A stretch of DNA of 64,000 nucleotides from an uncultured Chloroflexia bacterium (GCA_963833225.1 CAWHXD010000008.1:224001-288000), one strand, 5' to 3'. Shown: positions 20,382 through 30,632, numbered from the stretch's first letter. A program made the numbers and translations. Notes: generated by a model from the letters alone, not told the origin.

Positions 20382-22217
20382 ATGTCGACTCCCCAGCGGG
20401 CTCCCCGCTCGCGCTCCGCCTTCGGCGCGGCCTTCCTGTCCCTCGTGTTCCCTGGGCTGGGCCACGCCTATGCGGGGGCGCCGGTCCGTGCCCTCGGCTT
20501 TGCGGCCGTGCCGCTGCTGCTGGTCGCGCTGCTCCTCGGGGTCGTGGTCCGCGGCGATCGGGCAGCTCTGCTCGGAATGATGGCCAACCCCGGGATCCTC
20601 ACGGCGATCTTCATCGGCAACATCGTCGTCCTGGTCTACCGGATCGCCGCGGCCGTGGATGCCTGGCAGGTCGCCCGGTTCCTCAACGCGGCCGATGCCT
20701 CGGGTGGCGGCCGGCTCGGGCGGGCCAGGATGCCCCTGCACCCGGTCTCGATCGCGGGGCTGCTGGCCGTCATCCTCGTGATGGGGATCAGCCACGTGGC
20801 GGTGGCCCGCTACGACCTGCTGGGCATGCGGGCCGTCAACTGCATCTTCACCGAGGAGTCCAACCCCGACTGCGAACAGCCAGGCCCGGGCGCCGAGGCC
20901 ACACCGGGGACCTCCGAGGAACCCGCCGCGACCGACCTGCCAGGCGAGTCCGTGCCGCCCGAACCCACCGACGCCGTCCCGACACCGGTGCCGTCGGCAA
21001 CGGGCACCCTGGCGCCTACCCTGCCACCCTGGGACGGCAAGGAGCGGCTCAACATCCTCGCCGTCGGCGTGGACGCCCGTGAGGGTGACGGGTCGAGCTT
21101 CAACACCGACACCCTCATCGTCATCTCGATCGACCCGGTCACCAACCAGGTCGCGATGTTCCAGGTCCCTCGCGACATGGTGGACGTGCCGGTCCCGGCC
21201 AATGCCCGGTCGCTGTGGGGCTCCACCTACGCCGGCAAGATCAACAGCTGGTACAACCAGAACCGGAACCGGACCGACCTGTGGCCGGGCAAGACCGCCA
21301 CCTCGCGCGGGTTCAACGCCCTCAAGGCACTGCTGGGCGAGCTGTACGGCCTCGACATCCGCTACTACGTGAAGGTGGACTTCGGGGGCTTCAAGGACGC
21401 GGTCAACACGCTCGGCGGCCTCCAGGTCAACGTCCAGATGCCCGTCTACGAGAGCCTGTATCCCGCGGGTGTCGGGTACCTGACCCGGCTGTACATCCCC
21501 GCCGGACCGCAGCACATGACCGGCGCCGAGGCCCTGCGCTACGCGCGATCGCGGCACCGGGCAACGGACTTCGACCGCGGCCGCCGGCAGCAACGGGTGC
21601 TCATCTCGCTCAAGGACCAGATGAGCGTCCAGGCGATCTTCGCCAACCTCGACCAGCTCACCACGGACATCGGCCGGGCCGTCAAGACCGACATCCCGGT
21701 CAGCGAGCTCCCCAAGCTGCTGTCGCTCGCCGAGAGCGTCGACACGAAGAACATCCGGTCCTACGTGTTCTCGCCCAACGTCTACGCCAGCGAGTTCCCC
21801 AACTCGTCGCGCGGCTACATCATCACCCCCAACCTGTCGCGCATCCGGCGGGCCGTCAAGGAGGCGTTCTCGGTCAGCGCGGACCTGCTCGCCCAGCGCG
21901 ACCGTCTCGGCGAGGAGGAGGCGCGGGTCTGGGTCATGGACGCGTCCGGGCAGCACCTGTCGGCAGGCAACGCCGAGTGGCTCGCGTACAACGGACTGGA
22001 TGCCTCGGCTCCGAACAAGAAGGTCGCGAACCAGCTGGCGACCACCGAGATCAAGGTCTACAACGGGGCCGAGACGGCGATGCCGGAGACGGTCAAGTTC
22101 CTGGAGAAGGTCTACGGGGTCACCGTGGTGCCCGTGGCCGACCCGACGGTCACGGTGGACTTCATCATCACGCTCGGCCGCGACGCACCGGACAAGCAGG
22201 TCGACGCCCTCGGTTGA
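20382..22217 (+). CDS. LCP (LytR-CpsA-Psr) family glycopolymer transferase with N-terminal TM helices and a LytR_C-like tail
   Basis: NILAVGVD, NTDTLI, PRD, KIN, ALRYARSRH, DFDRGRRQQ. Confidence 0.93.
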   Translation: MSTPQRAPRSRSAFGAAFLSLVFPGLGHAYAGAPVRALGFAAVPLLLVALLLGVVVRGDRAALLGMMANPGILTAIFIGNIVVLVYRIAAAVDAWQVARFLNAADASGGGRLGRARMPLHPVSIAGLLAVILVMGISHVAVARYDLLGMRAVNCIFTEESNPDCEQPGPGAEATPGTSEEPAATDLPGESVPPEPTDAVPTPVPSATGTLAPTLPPWDGKERLNILAVGVDAREGDGSSFNTDTLIVISIDPVTNQVAMFQVPRDMVDVPVPANARSLWGSTYAGKINSWYNQNRNRTDLWPGKTATSRGFNALKALLGELYGLDIRYYVKVDFGGFKDAVNTLGGLQVNVQMPVYESLYPAGVGYLTRLYIPAGPQHMTGAEALRYARSRHRATDFDRGRRQQRVLISLKDQMSVQAIFANLDQLTTDIGRAVKTDIPVSELPKLLSLAESVDTKNIRSYVFSPNVYASEFPNSSRGYIITPNLSRIRRAVKEAFSVSADLLAQRDRLGEEEARVWVMDASGQHLSAGNAEWLAYNGLDASAPNKKVANQLATTEIKVYNGAETAMPETVKFLEKVYGVTVVPVADPTVTVDFIITLGRDAPDKQVDALG

Positions 22218-22293
22218 CGGGACCCCGCGCCCGGCTCAGGACCGCGCGCCCAACCCAGACCCCCCCCCGCTCAGCGCGGCCCCTGGCCGCCGG

Positions 22294-23268
22294 CTACCGG
22301 ATCGCCGTGAGCCAGCCCGCGTACCGGGGATCGTTGCCGCGGACCGCCTTGAAGTAGTGCTCGGAGATCGTGCGGCTGATGGGCCCGATGGCTCCCGTGC
22401 CCACGGCCCGATGGTCGATCTCGACGACCGGGCTCACCTGGACCCCGGTCCCGCACAGGAAGACCTCGTCGCAGACATAGAGCTCCGAGCGGTCCACGGA
22501 CCGGACCTCGCTCGGGATCCCGAGGTCCGCGGCCAGCGTCAGGACCGCCTTGCGGGTGACGCCCTCGAGGATGTCGTCCGACACCGGCGGCGTGATCACG
22601 ACGCCGTCGCGAACCATGAACAGGTTGGCGGCAGACGCCTCCGATGCGTGCCCGTCGGGGGTCATGACCAGGGCCTCGTCAAAGCCGTTGAGCTCCGCCT
22701 CGGACTTCTGGAATGCCATGTTGACGTAGCCGCCGACGATCTTGCCGCGAGCCGGCAGGGCCTCGTCAGCGTTGCGCCGCCAGGTGCTCGTCATGACCCG
22801 GACGCCCTTCTCGATGTCGATGTAGTTCCCGAAGGGCGACGTGATCACGTACAGCTGGTGGTCGAGGTGGTGGAGCCGGACGCCGATCGCGAGGGTGCTC
22901 TTGTAGAACGACGGCCGGATGTAGACGTCCTCGCGGAACTGGTTCCGGCGCACGGTCTCGAGCACGATCTGCTCGAGCTCGTCGACCGAGGGCACATCCT
23001 CCATCAGGAGCATCTTGGCGCTGTTGCGGATCCGCGCGAGGTGCTCACGCACGAACAGGACGTACAGCGTCTCCTGCTCGGCGTTCCAGTAGCCCCGGAT
23101 GCCCTCGAACGTCGCCGTGCCGTACATGAACGCGTGGGTCATGATGCTGACCTTCGCGTCGCGCAGCGGGACGTACTCGCCCTCGAAGTAGGCGATCAGG
23201 TCTTCGACGGATCGCGGCTGGGCGGGGACGGCCTCGGCCGGAGGATCGGACGGCTGCTGGGTGAGCAT
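22294..23268 (-). CDS. ilvE: Branched-chain amino acid aminotransferase
   Basis: HAFMYGTATFEGIRGY, YIRP, DEAL, ILEGVTR, EVFLCGT. Confidence 0.93.
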   Translation of the reverse strand: MLTQQPSDPPAEAVPAQPRSVEDLIAYFEGEYVPLRDAKVSIMTHAFMYGTATFEGIRGYWNAEQETLYVLFVREHLARIRNSAKMLLMEDVPSVDELEQIVLETVRRNQFREDVYIRPSFYKSTLAIGVRLHHLDHQLYVITSPFGNYIDIEKGVRVMTSTWRRNADEALPARGKIVGGYVNMAFQKSEAELNGFDEALVMTPDGHASEASAANLFMVRDGVVITPPVSDDILEGVTRKAVLTLAADLGIPSEVRSVDRSELYVCDEVFLCGTGVQVSPVVEIDHRAVGTGAIGPISRTISEHYFKAVRGNDPRYAGWLTAIR

Positions 23269-23378
23269 GGGTCGGCTCCAGGTCGCGTGCGGCGATCAGC
23301 CGCGGGTGCCTCGTGACGGCAGCAGTCTAGCACCGGGCCCCCGGCGCCAGGCCGGGGGCCGTCCCGTCGAAACGGGGG

Positions 23379-24440
23379 TCAGCCGACGGGGAGCACGCCC
23401 GCGATCGCCAGGCCGACGATCGTCAGGTACACCACGTAGAGCGCGCCGCCGACAAGCAGCCAGCGCCCGTCCAGGCGGTTGCGGCGCCACATGGGCCCGA
23501 ACACCGCGGCGACCGCGAGGAACGCGATTCCGGCCGACAGGAACGCGACCAGCGAGTGCTCGTTGACGTGCCAGGCCGACCCCGCGAGCACGAGCGCCAC
23601 GACCGTGGGGATGGCCGACTGGAACACCATCGCGCCGGTGATGTTGCCCATCGCGAGGGTGTCCTTGCCCTGGCGGACCCAGATCAGCGAGTTGAACTTC
23701 TCGGGCAGCTCGGTGGCGATCGGGGCGATCACGAGCGCCACCAGCAGCTCGCTGACCCCGAGCGTCCTGGACACGCTCTCCACGGCCCCCACGAACAGGT
23801 AGGCGCCGCCGATGATGCAGCCGAGGGCGAACAGCACCTGGAACCCGACCACCCGCAGCCGGGGGGTCAGCGGGTCGGCTTCGTGGCCGGACCGGTCCAT
23901 CCGGCGAAAGCGCAGGGGCTCCAGCTCATCCTCGTGATCCTCAGCCTCGGCGTCCAGGTGCCCCTTCACGTAGATCACGTAGATCCCGATCAGCACCACG
24001 GCCACGCCCAGGCGCGCCACGCCCATGTCGGGCGGCAGGAACGCCGTCGCGATCGCCAGCGCGTAGGCGATCAGGAAGTAGCGGATGTCGTGGACGAGGA
24101 CGGTGGTGTCCACCACCATCCGGGTCCCCGTCAGCCGGCGGCGCCGGAAGGCGATGACCCCGATCCCGGTGACGAACATGGCCAGGGTTGACAGCATGAA
24201 CGGCGCGCCCAGGATCGCGCCGACGCCCACCGCCTCGGTCGTCTCGCGTCCCCCGCCAAACCCGATGGCGATCAGCGGGATCATGGTCTCGGGCAGGGCC
24301 GTGCCAACGGCGGCGAGCACCGAGCCCACCGCACCCTGCGCCAGGCTGAGCTTCCGTCCGAACCACTCGATGCCGTTGGTGAACAGCTCCGCTCCGAGGA
24401 GGATCACCACGAACGCGATCGCGAGCACGATCAGGTCCAT
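23379..24440 (-). CDS. Sodium:calcium antiporter (CaCA family)
   Basis: Alpha-repeats GTALPE and ATELPE; multiple TM helices. Confidence 0.9.
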   Translation of the reverse strand: MDLIVLAIAFVVILLGAELFTNGIEWFGRKLSLAQGAVGSVLAAVGTALPETMIPLIAIGFGGGRETTEAVGVGAILGAPFMLSTLAMFVTGIGVIAFRRRRLTGTRMVVDTTVLVHDIRYFLIAYALAIATAFLPPDMGVARLGVAVVLIGIYVIYVKGHLDAEAEDHEDELEPLRFRRMDRSGHEADPLTPRLRVVGFQVLFALGCIIGGAYLFVGAVESVSRTLGVSELLVALVIAPIATELPEKFNSLIWVRQGKDTLAMGNITGAMVFQSAIPTVVALVLAGSAWHVNEHSLVAFLSAGIAFLAVAAVFGPMWRRNRLDGRWLLVGGALYVVYLTIVGLAIAGVLPVG

Positions 24441-24441
24441 G

Positions 24442-24834
24442 TCAGCCCTCCAGCCCGAGAGCGGCGACGATCGAGATCACCACGACCAGCAGCACGAGGA
24501 GCGACACCAGGGCCAGCCGGCCGTCGCGGGCGGCCAGGAATCCAAGACCGGCGACCACGACCCGCCCGACGGGCAGGGTCACGATGAGGGCGATCCCCGC
24601 CCACAGGAAGCCACCTGGCTGGAGGGCGACCATGTCGGCCGGAATGCGCGACGGGTCGAAGGGCGGCAGGCCGGAGCGGGTCAGCGGATCGATGCCACCG
24701 GCGAGCATCAGCAGGACTCCCACGAGGACGAGGGCCATCGCGAGCCAGGTGCCGGCCACCAGCATCCGTCCGATCACCGCCTCCAGGGCGTCCGCCGCAT
24801 CACGCCGGCCCCGAGCGGCCTCCTCGACGCTCAC
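24442..24834 (-). CDS. DUF1634-like membrane protein
   Basis: Three TM segments, TLPVGRV; typical partner of TSUP genes. Confidence 0.75.
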   Translation of the reverse strand: MSVEEAARGRRDAADALEAVIGRMLVAGTWLAMALVLVGVLLMLAGGIDPLTRSGLPPFDPSRIPADMVALQPGGFLWAGIALIVTLPVGRVVVAGLGFLAARDGRLALVSLLVLLVVVISIVAALGLEG

Positions 24835-25733
24835 AGGCCCATCGCCCGCATGCTCATCTGGATTGCCGTGTACACGAGGACCGCGACAAACAGCCAGCGG
24901 AGGAACCGGAGGTCCACGCGGTGGGCCAGGCGCGAGCCCATCGATGCTCCGATGAAGACCCCCAGCGCCACCGGGCCGGCGACGAACGGGTCGATCTGGT
25001 CCCGCAACAGGTAGATGACCGCCGACGAGGTCGCCGTGATGCCCATCATCATGTTGCTGGTCGCCGTCGAGGTCCGCAGCGGAACACCCATCAGGAGGTG
25101 CATGACCGGCACCTTGATGATCCCGCCCCCCACGCCCAGCAGCGCGGAGTTGAGGCCCGCGAACACCGCCCCCACCATGCCCAGGGGGAGGCTGTGGATG
25201 CGGTAGCCGGGGCCGGAGATCCGGGCCGCCAGCGAGCCGTCGGCCCCCTGCTCCGATGGGGCCGTGTCGATCACGTGCGCAGGTTGGACCGGCTCCCGCA
25301 GGATGGGCTCCGCCCCGAACGACACCAGGTCATCGTCCGCGGTGCCGGGCGCTGTGGCCGGGGCGCGTGGCGGATCCTTGCGCCGGATCATGGAGATCGC
25401 CACCCAGGTCAGGAGCGCGGCGAACAGGGCCGCGAGCACGCGGTCGGCGATCAGGAACGCGATCAGGCCGCCGACGAGCGCACCGCCGGCGGAGAACAGC
25501 TCGAGCGTCATGCCCAGCCGCAGATTGGCGACGTGCCGCTGGAGGTAGACGGCGGCCGAGGCACTCGAGGTCACGATCACGGACACGAGCGAGACCGCCA
25601 CCGCCTCGCGCAGCGGCAGGCCGAACCCGAGGGTCAGCAGCGGCACGATGAGGATGCCGCCCCCGAGCCCCAAGAGCGACCCAAAGGTGCCGGCCGCGGC
25701 GCCGCCGACGAGCAGGACGAGCCCGGCGATCAC
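24831..25733 (-). CDS. TauE/SafE (TSUP) family transporter
   Basis: GSLLGLGGG, LLGVGGGIIKVP, ATSN. Confidence 0.92.
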   Translation of the reverse strand: MIAGLVLLVGGAAAGTFGSLLGLGGGILIVPLLTLGFGLPLREAVAVSLVSVIVTSSASAAVYLQRHVANLRLGMTLELFSAGGALVGGLIAFLIADRVLAALFAALLTWVAISMIRRKDPPRAPATAPGTADDDLVSFGAEPILREPVQPAHVIDTAPSEQGADGSLAARISGPGYRIHSLPLGMVGAVFAGLNSALLGVGGGIIKVPVMHLLMGVPLRTSTATSNMMMGITATSSAVIYLLRDQIDPFVAGPVALGVFIGASMGSRLAHRVDLRFLRWLFVAVLVYTAIQMSMRAMGL

Positions 25734-25793
25734 CGCGGGTCGAGCGGAGCTGCCCCCGCCTCCACCGTGTGTCCGCCGCGCTCGGTCACGGGA

Positions 25794-26054
25794 CTAGGGG
25801 CGCAGGTGCTGGGGCGCGTACGGGAGCAGGGCCACGTGGCGCGCCCGCTTGAGCGCGACCGAGAGCTCGCGCTGGTGCGCGGCGCAGGTGCCGGTCTTGC
25901 GGCGGGGCTCGATCTTCGCGCGCTCGGACAGGTAGCGGCGGAGGCGGTTGACCTCCTTGTAGTCGATCGCGACCGTCTTGTCGGCGCAGAAGGAGCAGAC
26001 CTTCCGGCGCCGGCGATCCCGGTAGTCGTCGCGCTTCTTCATGCGGGGCGGCAT
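25794..26054 (-). CDS. rpsR: 30S ribosomal protein S18 (Zn-type)
   Basis: [35 protein letters not shown]. Confidence 0.97.
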   Translation of the reverse strand: MPPRMKKRDDYRDRRRRKVCSFCADKTVAIDYKEVNRLRRYLSERAKIEPRRKTGTCAAHQRELSVALKRARHVALLPYAPQHLRP

Positions 26055-26118
26055 TGGTATCTCCTGGCTGTGGTGGCGGGCTGTCCGCCGGGGCGGCCGT
26101 CAGGCCGCGGAAGGATCG

Positions 26119-26616
26119 TCAGAACGGGAGGTCGTCGAGGTCGTCGTCACGCGGCGGGGCGGCCGGGCGGGTGGGTCGGACGGGCTCGCCGCCACCGCTG
26201 CCGGTCCCGCCACCGCTGCCGGTCCCGCCGCCGCTGAGGCCGCCGGATGGAGCCTTGAACGAGCCCCCCTCCTCGTCGCGGACCCGCGCATCGAGGCTGA
26301 TGACGTTGTCCGCGGTGATCTCCAGCGAGACCCGCTTCTGGCCGTCACGGCCCTCGAACTCGCGCGTGCGGAAGCGGCCTTCGACAAAGACCTTGTTGCC
26401 CTTGCGGAATTGCTCGGCAGTTCGCTCCGCCCGGTCCCCCCAGACGGTGACGCGGTACCAGTCGGTCTGGTCGTCCTGCCACTCGCCCGTCTGCGCGTCC
26501 CGGCTCCGATGGCTGACGGCAACGGAGAACTCCGTCACCGGCCTCCCGTTGGGCGTGTAGCGCATCTCGGGATCACGCCCGAGGTTGCCGATGATCATGA
26601 CCTTCGCGAATGCCAT
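26119..26616 (-). CDS. ssb: Single-stranded DNA-binding protein
   Basis: IIGNLGRDPEMRYT; C-terminal DDLPF. Confidence 0.97.
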   Translation of the reverse strand: MAFAKVMIIGNLGRDPEMRYTPNGRPVTEFSVAVSHRSRDAQTGEWQDDQTDWYRVTVWGDRAERTAEQFRKGNKVFVEGRFRTREFEGRDGQKRVSLEITADNVISLDARVRDEEGGSFKAPSGGLSGGGTGSGGGTGSGGGEPVRPTRPAAPPRDDDLDDLPF

Positions 26617-26632
26617 CGCTGGCTCTCCTCGC

Positions 26633-27082
26633 TCAGTCGATGGCCGCGGGTGCGGCCTCGCTCTCGGATTCGTCGATCCGCTCTTCCGAGTCCTCGTCAG
26701 CGTCGTCATCCTCGGAGGACGGGACGTCGGAGTCATCGTCGGAGTCGGAGTCGTCCTGGTCGCCGCTGGCGGACGCGTCGCGTCGGACCTTGACGGGCCT
26801 GACGGTTCGGGTCACGAGGTACCGCAGCACGTCCTCGGTGATCTGGAGGCTGCGTTCCATCTCGGCGATGGCCTCTGCCGGGGACTCGAAGACCACGATG
26901 TGGTACGAGCCCTCGCGGTAGCGGTCGATCGGATAGGCAAGGCGACGGCGCCCCCAGGGCGCCACCTTGACGATCTGGCCGCCCGACGCGACGACATAGC
27001 GCGTGGTGCGGTCGATGACCGCCGCGGCACGCTCATCCGGCACATCCGGCTTGAGCACGAGCATGAGTTCATAGCGGCGCAC
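26633..27082 (-). CDS. rpsF: 30S ribosomal protein S6 with a long acidic tail
   Basis: RRYELM, WGRRRLAYPI, VLRYL. Confidence 0.96.
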   Translation of the reverse strand: MRRYELMLVLKPDVPDERAAAVIDRTTRYVVASGGQIVKVAPWGRRRLAYPIDRYREGSYHIVVFESPAEAIAEMERSLQITEDVLRYLVTRTVRPVKVRRDASASGDQDDSDSDDDSDVPSSEDDDADEDSEERIDESESEAAPAAID

Positions 27083-27165
27083 GGCCTGCTGTACTCCTTC
27101 CAATGGGATCTGCCCCGCTGACGGCGTGCCGGCACGGGGCCGAAAGGACGACCGGAGGATAGCAT
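27083..27165 (-). promoter_or_regulatory. Promoter and possible S6:S18 autoregulatory leader
   Basis: Extended -10 TGcTATCCT; hairpin GCCCCG...CGGGGC; upstream TCCTTT could pair with the GAAGGA SD. Confidence 0.45.
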
Positions 27166-27320
27166 GGGCACCGATCCCGGCCCTGCGCGCCCGCCGATTT
27201 CCCTGGCATGGTCTATCGCTGGCATGGTCCGCCATCTCGCGGGCGCGCGGCGGGCTGGTGGCACGTGCCGTATCCTTCCGCCGTCACCACTGCCCAAGTA
27301 GCGAAGCTCCCGGGAGAGGC

Positions 27321-28535
27321 GTGCAGCTTTCGATCCTCCTCCTTGCGGCCGAGCGGTCGGCCGTCCAGACGCTCGTCACCGCGCTGGCCCAGCCGGGGCA
27401 TGGCGTGACCGTCGTCACGCGTCCCGATGAGGCCGTGACCGCGGCGGCCGGGTACAGCCTGCTCATGATCGATGGCGTGACGCCCCCGGCCACCGTGGGC
27501 GACGTCGTCACGATGCTTCGCGCATCCGTGATGACGGTCGGGTTGCCCGTGCTCGCCATCGCGCACAGCGGCGAGCTCGACGAGAGGATCACGCTGCTCG
27601 AGATGGGCGCCGACGAGGTGATCGCCAAGCCCTTCAACGAGCAGGAGCTCCTCGCGCGCGTCGAAGCCCTCGCCCTGCACTCGCAGAGCGCAGCCTCGGG
27701 CGCTTCAGGCCGGTCCATCGGGGCCATGGGGCGTCACCGCCTGGTGTCCGTGTTCAGCCCCAAGGGCGGCGTCGGCACCACGACCGTGGCCACGAACCTC
27801 GCCCTCATCGCGGCTCAGGCACGCCCCAACCAGGTGCTCCTCATCGACCTTGACCTGTCGTTCGGCCAGGTGGCCTCGCACCTCAACCTGCAGCCCAAGC
27901 AGACACTCCTCGAGCTGTCGCGGGACGAGGCCGCCCTTCACGAGACCGATCTGTTCCGTACCTATGCGATCCACCACGCAAGCGGCCTCCACCTCCTGGC
28001 AGGGCCGCCGTCGCCGTCCTTCGCGGCGCTGATCACCGCGGAGCATGTCGAGCTCGTGCTGGCAAGGGCGATCGAGGCCTACGAGATCGTGGTCCTCGAC
28101 GCCGGGACCGCCCTCGACAACCGCCTGACGACCATCTTCTCGCAGTCCGAGACCGTGGTCGTCCCCGTCCTGCCCGAGATCCCCGCCCTCAACTCGGTCC
28201 ACATCCTGCTCGAGCAGCTCGCGGACTCCGGGGCGCTCGGCGGGCGGACGATGTTCGTGCTCAACAACGCCTTCGCCCGAGACCTGCTCAAGCGAACCGA
28301 CATCGAGGCCGCCCTGGGCAACAAGATCTCGGCCGAGCTCCCCTACGACCCGATCGTGTACCTCAAGGCCGTCAACGAGGGCAACCCCGTCGTCCGCAGC
28401 GCCCCGAAGTCGCTGCCCGCGGAGAAGCTTCGCGCGTTGGCGCTAGCCGTCTTCGGTGGTGCGCTCGCCCCCGCGCCGCCTGCCGATGCTGATGCGCAGA
28501 AGAAGGAGAAACGGGGCCTCTTCGGGCGTCGCTGA
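27321..28535 (+). CDS. Receiver domain + MinD/ParA-type ATPase (CpaE/TadZ-like)
   Basis: REC features (GADEVIAKPF), deviant Walker A SPKGGVGTTT, IDLDLSFG, basic C-terminal KRGLFGRR. Confidence 0.85.
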   Translation: MQLSILLLAAERSAVQTLVTALAQPGHGVTVVTRPDEAVTAAAGYSLLMIDGVTPPATVGDVVTMLRASVMTVGLPVLAIAHSGELDERITLLEMGADEVIAKPFNEQELLARVEALALHSQSAASGASGRSIGAMGRHRLVSVFSPKGGVGTTTVATNLALIAAQARPNQVLLIDLDLSFGQVASHLNLQPKQTLLELSRDEAALHETDLFRTYAIHHASGLHLLAGPPSPSFAALITAEHVELVLARAIEAYEIVVLDAGTALDNRLTTIFSQSETVVVPVLPEIPALNSVHILLEQLADSGALGGRTMFVLNNAFARDLLKRTDIEAALGNKISAELPYDPIVYLKAVNEGNPVVRSAPKSLPAEKLRALALAVFGGALAPAPPADADAQKKEKRGLFGRR

Positions 28536-29138
28536 CGGGACGGGTGCCGCCCGGGTCCCGTCCGCCGGCCAGGACCCCGCGGTCGCCGGATCGGCCGGCA
28601 GGAGCTCAACGCCCAGCGCCGCGAGCGTCGCTCCCAGGAGCCGGGCGATGATCCGCCCCGATCCGCGGCCCCGCCCGCCCAGGCGCCGGAGGGCGATCCA
28701 GAAGCTCGTCAACGCAGCGCCGACGAGGATCACCGGGGATGCGGGCGCTCCCCCGTCGACCGGGTCCAGCGTGGCTGGCGCATCGGTCTCCGGCGCGCCA
28801 CCGACCGTGAACGTCGCCTGTGCGGCGCACTCCGGATGGCCGCGAACCTCGGCCCGTGCCCGCCACCGACCACGGTCGGCCTCGGTCGTCCTGATCGCGT
28901 ACCGGACGAACCCACTCCCTCGCAGGTAGACCGTCCTCACCAGCCGGCCATCCTGGTACAGGCTGAGGTCGCTCGCCGCACCGAGGTTCGTCCTGAACAC
29001 GAACGTCGTGCCCGGGGGACCCCACGAGGGCGAGATCGTGGCCACACCGCCGCAGTGATCGGCCGAGACCGTCGACGGGATGCCGAGGGCAACCGTGGCC
29101 AGGAACGACAGGAATCCGATGCCACGTGCCAGCCGCAT
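28443..29138 (-). CDS. Secreted protein with a C-terminal membrane anchor (3' end uncertain; overlaps the cpaE-like gene)
   Basis: Signal peptide ending VSA-D, two Cys, APETD followed by a hydrophobic stretch and RR. Confidence 0.55.
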   Translation of the reverse strand: MRLARGIGFLSFLATVALGIPSTVSADHCGGVATISPSWGPPGTTFVFRTNLGAASDLSLYQDGRLVRTVYLRGSGFVRYAIRTTEADRGRWRARAEVRGHPECAAQATFTVGGAPETDAPATLDPVDGGAPASPVILVGAALTSFWIALRRLGGRGRGSGRIIARLLGATLAALGVELLPADPATAGSWPADGTRAAPVPSATPEEAPFLLLLRISIGRRRGGERTTEDG

Positions 29139-29339
29139 CGCGATCAACCTCGGGCGTTGGGGTGGACCAATGCTGGTGTGACCCGCTGGGGCGTCCCGAT
29201 GTGACCTCGGGGCGTCCCGGCATGACCTCGGGGCCTAAGCCTGGTCGCGTGTCGCCGTTCGTGCTGATAGGTTCTGCGTCCGGCCCTGGGTGAGCATCGC
29301 CATGGCAGGGCGGCCGCCGGACCCGACCAGTCGAGCCGG

Positions 29340-29505
29340 CGTGGACTCTCAGTCCACGATTCCGCCGGCCGGGCTCCCCTGGCGGCGAATCCGTGGACTG
29401 GCAGGCAACGGGTTCGCCCGCGCCCCTGGATTCGCGGACTCACGGGCCACGTCAGCGCCACCTGGGCGGTGTCGGCGGCGAATCCGTGGACTGGCAGGCA
29501 ACGGG
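29340..29505. repeat. REP-like palindrome and 32-bp direct repeat cluster
   Basis: CGTGGACT-ctc-AGTCCACG at 29340-29358; GGCGGCGAATCCGTGGACTGGCAGGCAACGGG at 29381 and 29474. Confidence 0.8.
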
Positions 29506-29694
29506 GCGCGCTTCGAGCGATGAGCCGGGCTGGCGATGAGGGTCTTCCGCGTGCCGTGCGCGGGCTGAAGATCAGGCGCCAGGACGGCGCGCTGTCACAC
29601 CACGTGCTGCGACTTGACCAAGTCTGTCTAGATCCCGGCGCGCGGAGCTCAGCGATGCCGGCCGGGGCGCCAATCCGCCGATCGGCGGCTGGAC

Positions 29695-30507
29695 CTACTG
29701 CTTGGCGGAGTCGTCCATCGTGCGAGCGATCCTGTCCGCGGTCCGCCGCGATGACTCGTACCAGCCCTGGGTGATCTTGCTCGCGGTGCCCTGGCCGCCG
29801 AGGCCGAAGGCCAGCCCGATCGCGATGGCGAACGCGGCCACGATACCGGTGTAGAGCGTGATGATGAACTCGCTCGCGACCCCGACCTGATTGATGGCGA
29901 TCATGACGGCGAACACGACGACGGCCACCTCGACGATCCGGCCGAGGAAGCGGGCGTTCGTGAATCCGGCCTGGCCCGCGCCGACCTCGATGATGCTGCG
30001 CAGGAACTTCGCGATGACCGGGGCGACGAGCAGGATGATCGCGGCGACGATGAGGTTCGGCAGCCACAGGATGATCACGTTCACGAGGGTGCTCACCTCG
30101 GCGAGGCCGAGCACGGTCGCGGCCAGCACGAGCGTGGCGAGCCGCACGAGCCACATGACGATCTGGCCGGACGCTTCGCTCGGGACGACCTGCTGACCAC
30201 CATGCTCGGAGAAGAGGCGGTCCGCGGCCGTACGCCTGATGATCGCGGCCGTCGCGCGACCGGCGATGCCGGCGACGATCCAGCCGATGATGAGGACGAG
30301 GAGGGCGCCAAGCAACGCCGGGATGGCGAGTCCGATGCGGTCGAGCGCCGATCGCACTGCGCTGTCGAGCTGATCCACGAGGTAGCTCCCTTCACTGGCG
30401 GCCGGCGAACGGGTCTGCGTCGGCGCGGTCTGGGCAGCGCGCATGTCCTGCCCATCCGGGCGGGAGCTGGCGTCGAAGGGACGCGCACGCTCTGGCAAGG
30501 ATGCCAC
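29695..30507 (-). CDS. Conserved TM-helix protein (CmpX/small mechanosensitive channel-like)
   Basis: Repeated P-x-LL-x-A TM motif and GLAFGLGG. Start uncertain. Confidence 0.8.
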   Translation of the reverse strand: MASLPERARPFDASSRPDGQDMRAAQTAPTQTRSPAASEGSYLVDQLDSAVRSALDRIGLAIPALLGALLVLIIGWIVAGIAGRATAAIIRRTAADRLFSEHGGQQVVPSEASGQIVMWLVRLATLVLAATVLGLAEVSTLVNVIILWLPNLIVAAIILLVAPVIAKFLRSIIEVGAGQAGFTNARFLGRIVEVAVVVFAVMIAINQVGVASEFIITLYTGIVAAFAIAIGLAFGLGGQGTASKITQGWYESSRRTADRIARTMDDSAKQ

Positions 30508-30545
30508 CGTGAGGACGCGATGTCACGTTTGCGGGTGGCTTCGAT

Positions 30546-30632
30546 TGGTGCCGAGGCCGGGATTTGAACCCGGACGGGGTTGCCCCCAGCGGTGTTTAAG
30601 ACCGCCGCGTCTGCCGGTTCCGCCACCTCGGC
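30546..30632 (-). tRNA. tRNA-Leu(UAA)
   Basis: Cloverleaf with long variable arm, anticodon loop CT-TAA-AC, GGTTCAAATCC, CCA. Confidence 0.95.

Noticed and set aside
30546-30632. bldA-like regulation through tRNA-Leu(UAA)
   Set aside because: I noticed only one in-frame TTA (59175) and made no systematic count; nothing in the window supports regulatory use.
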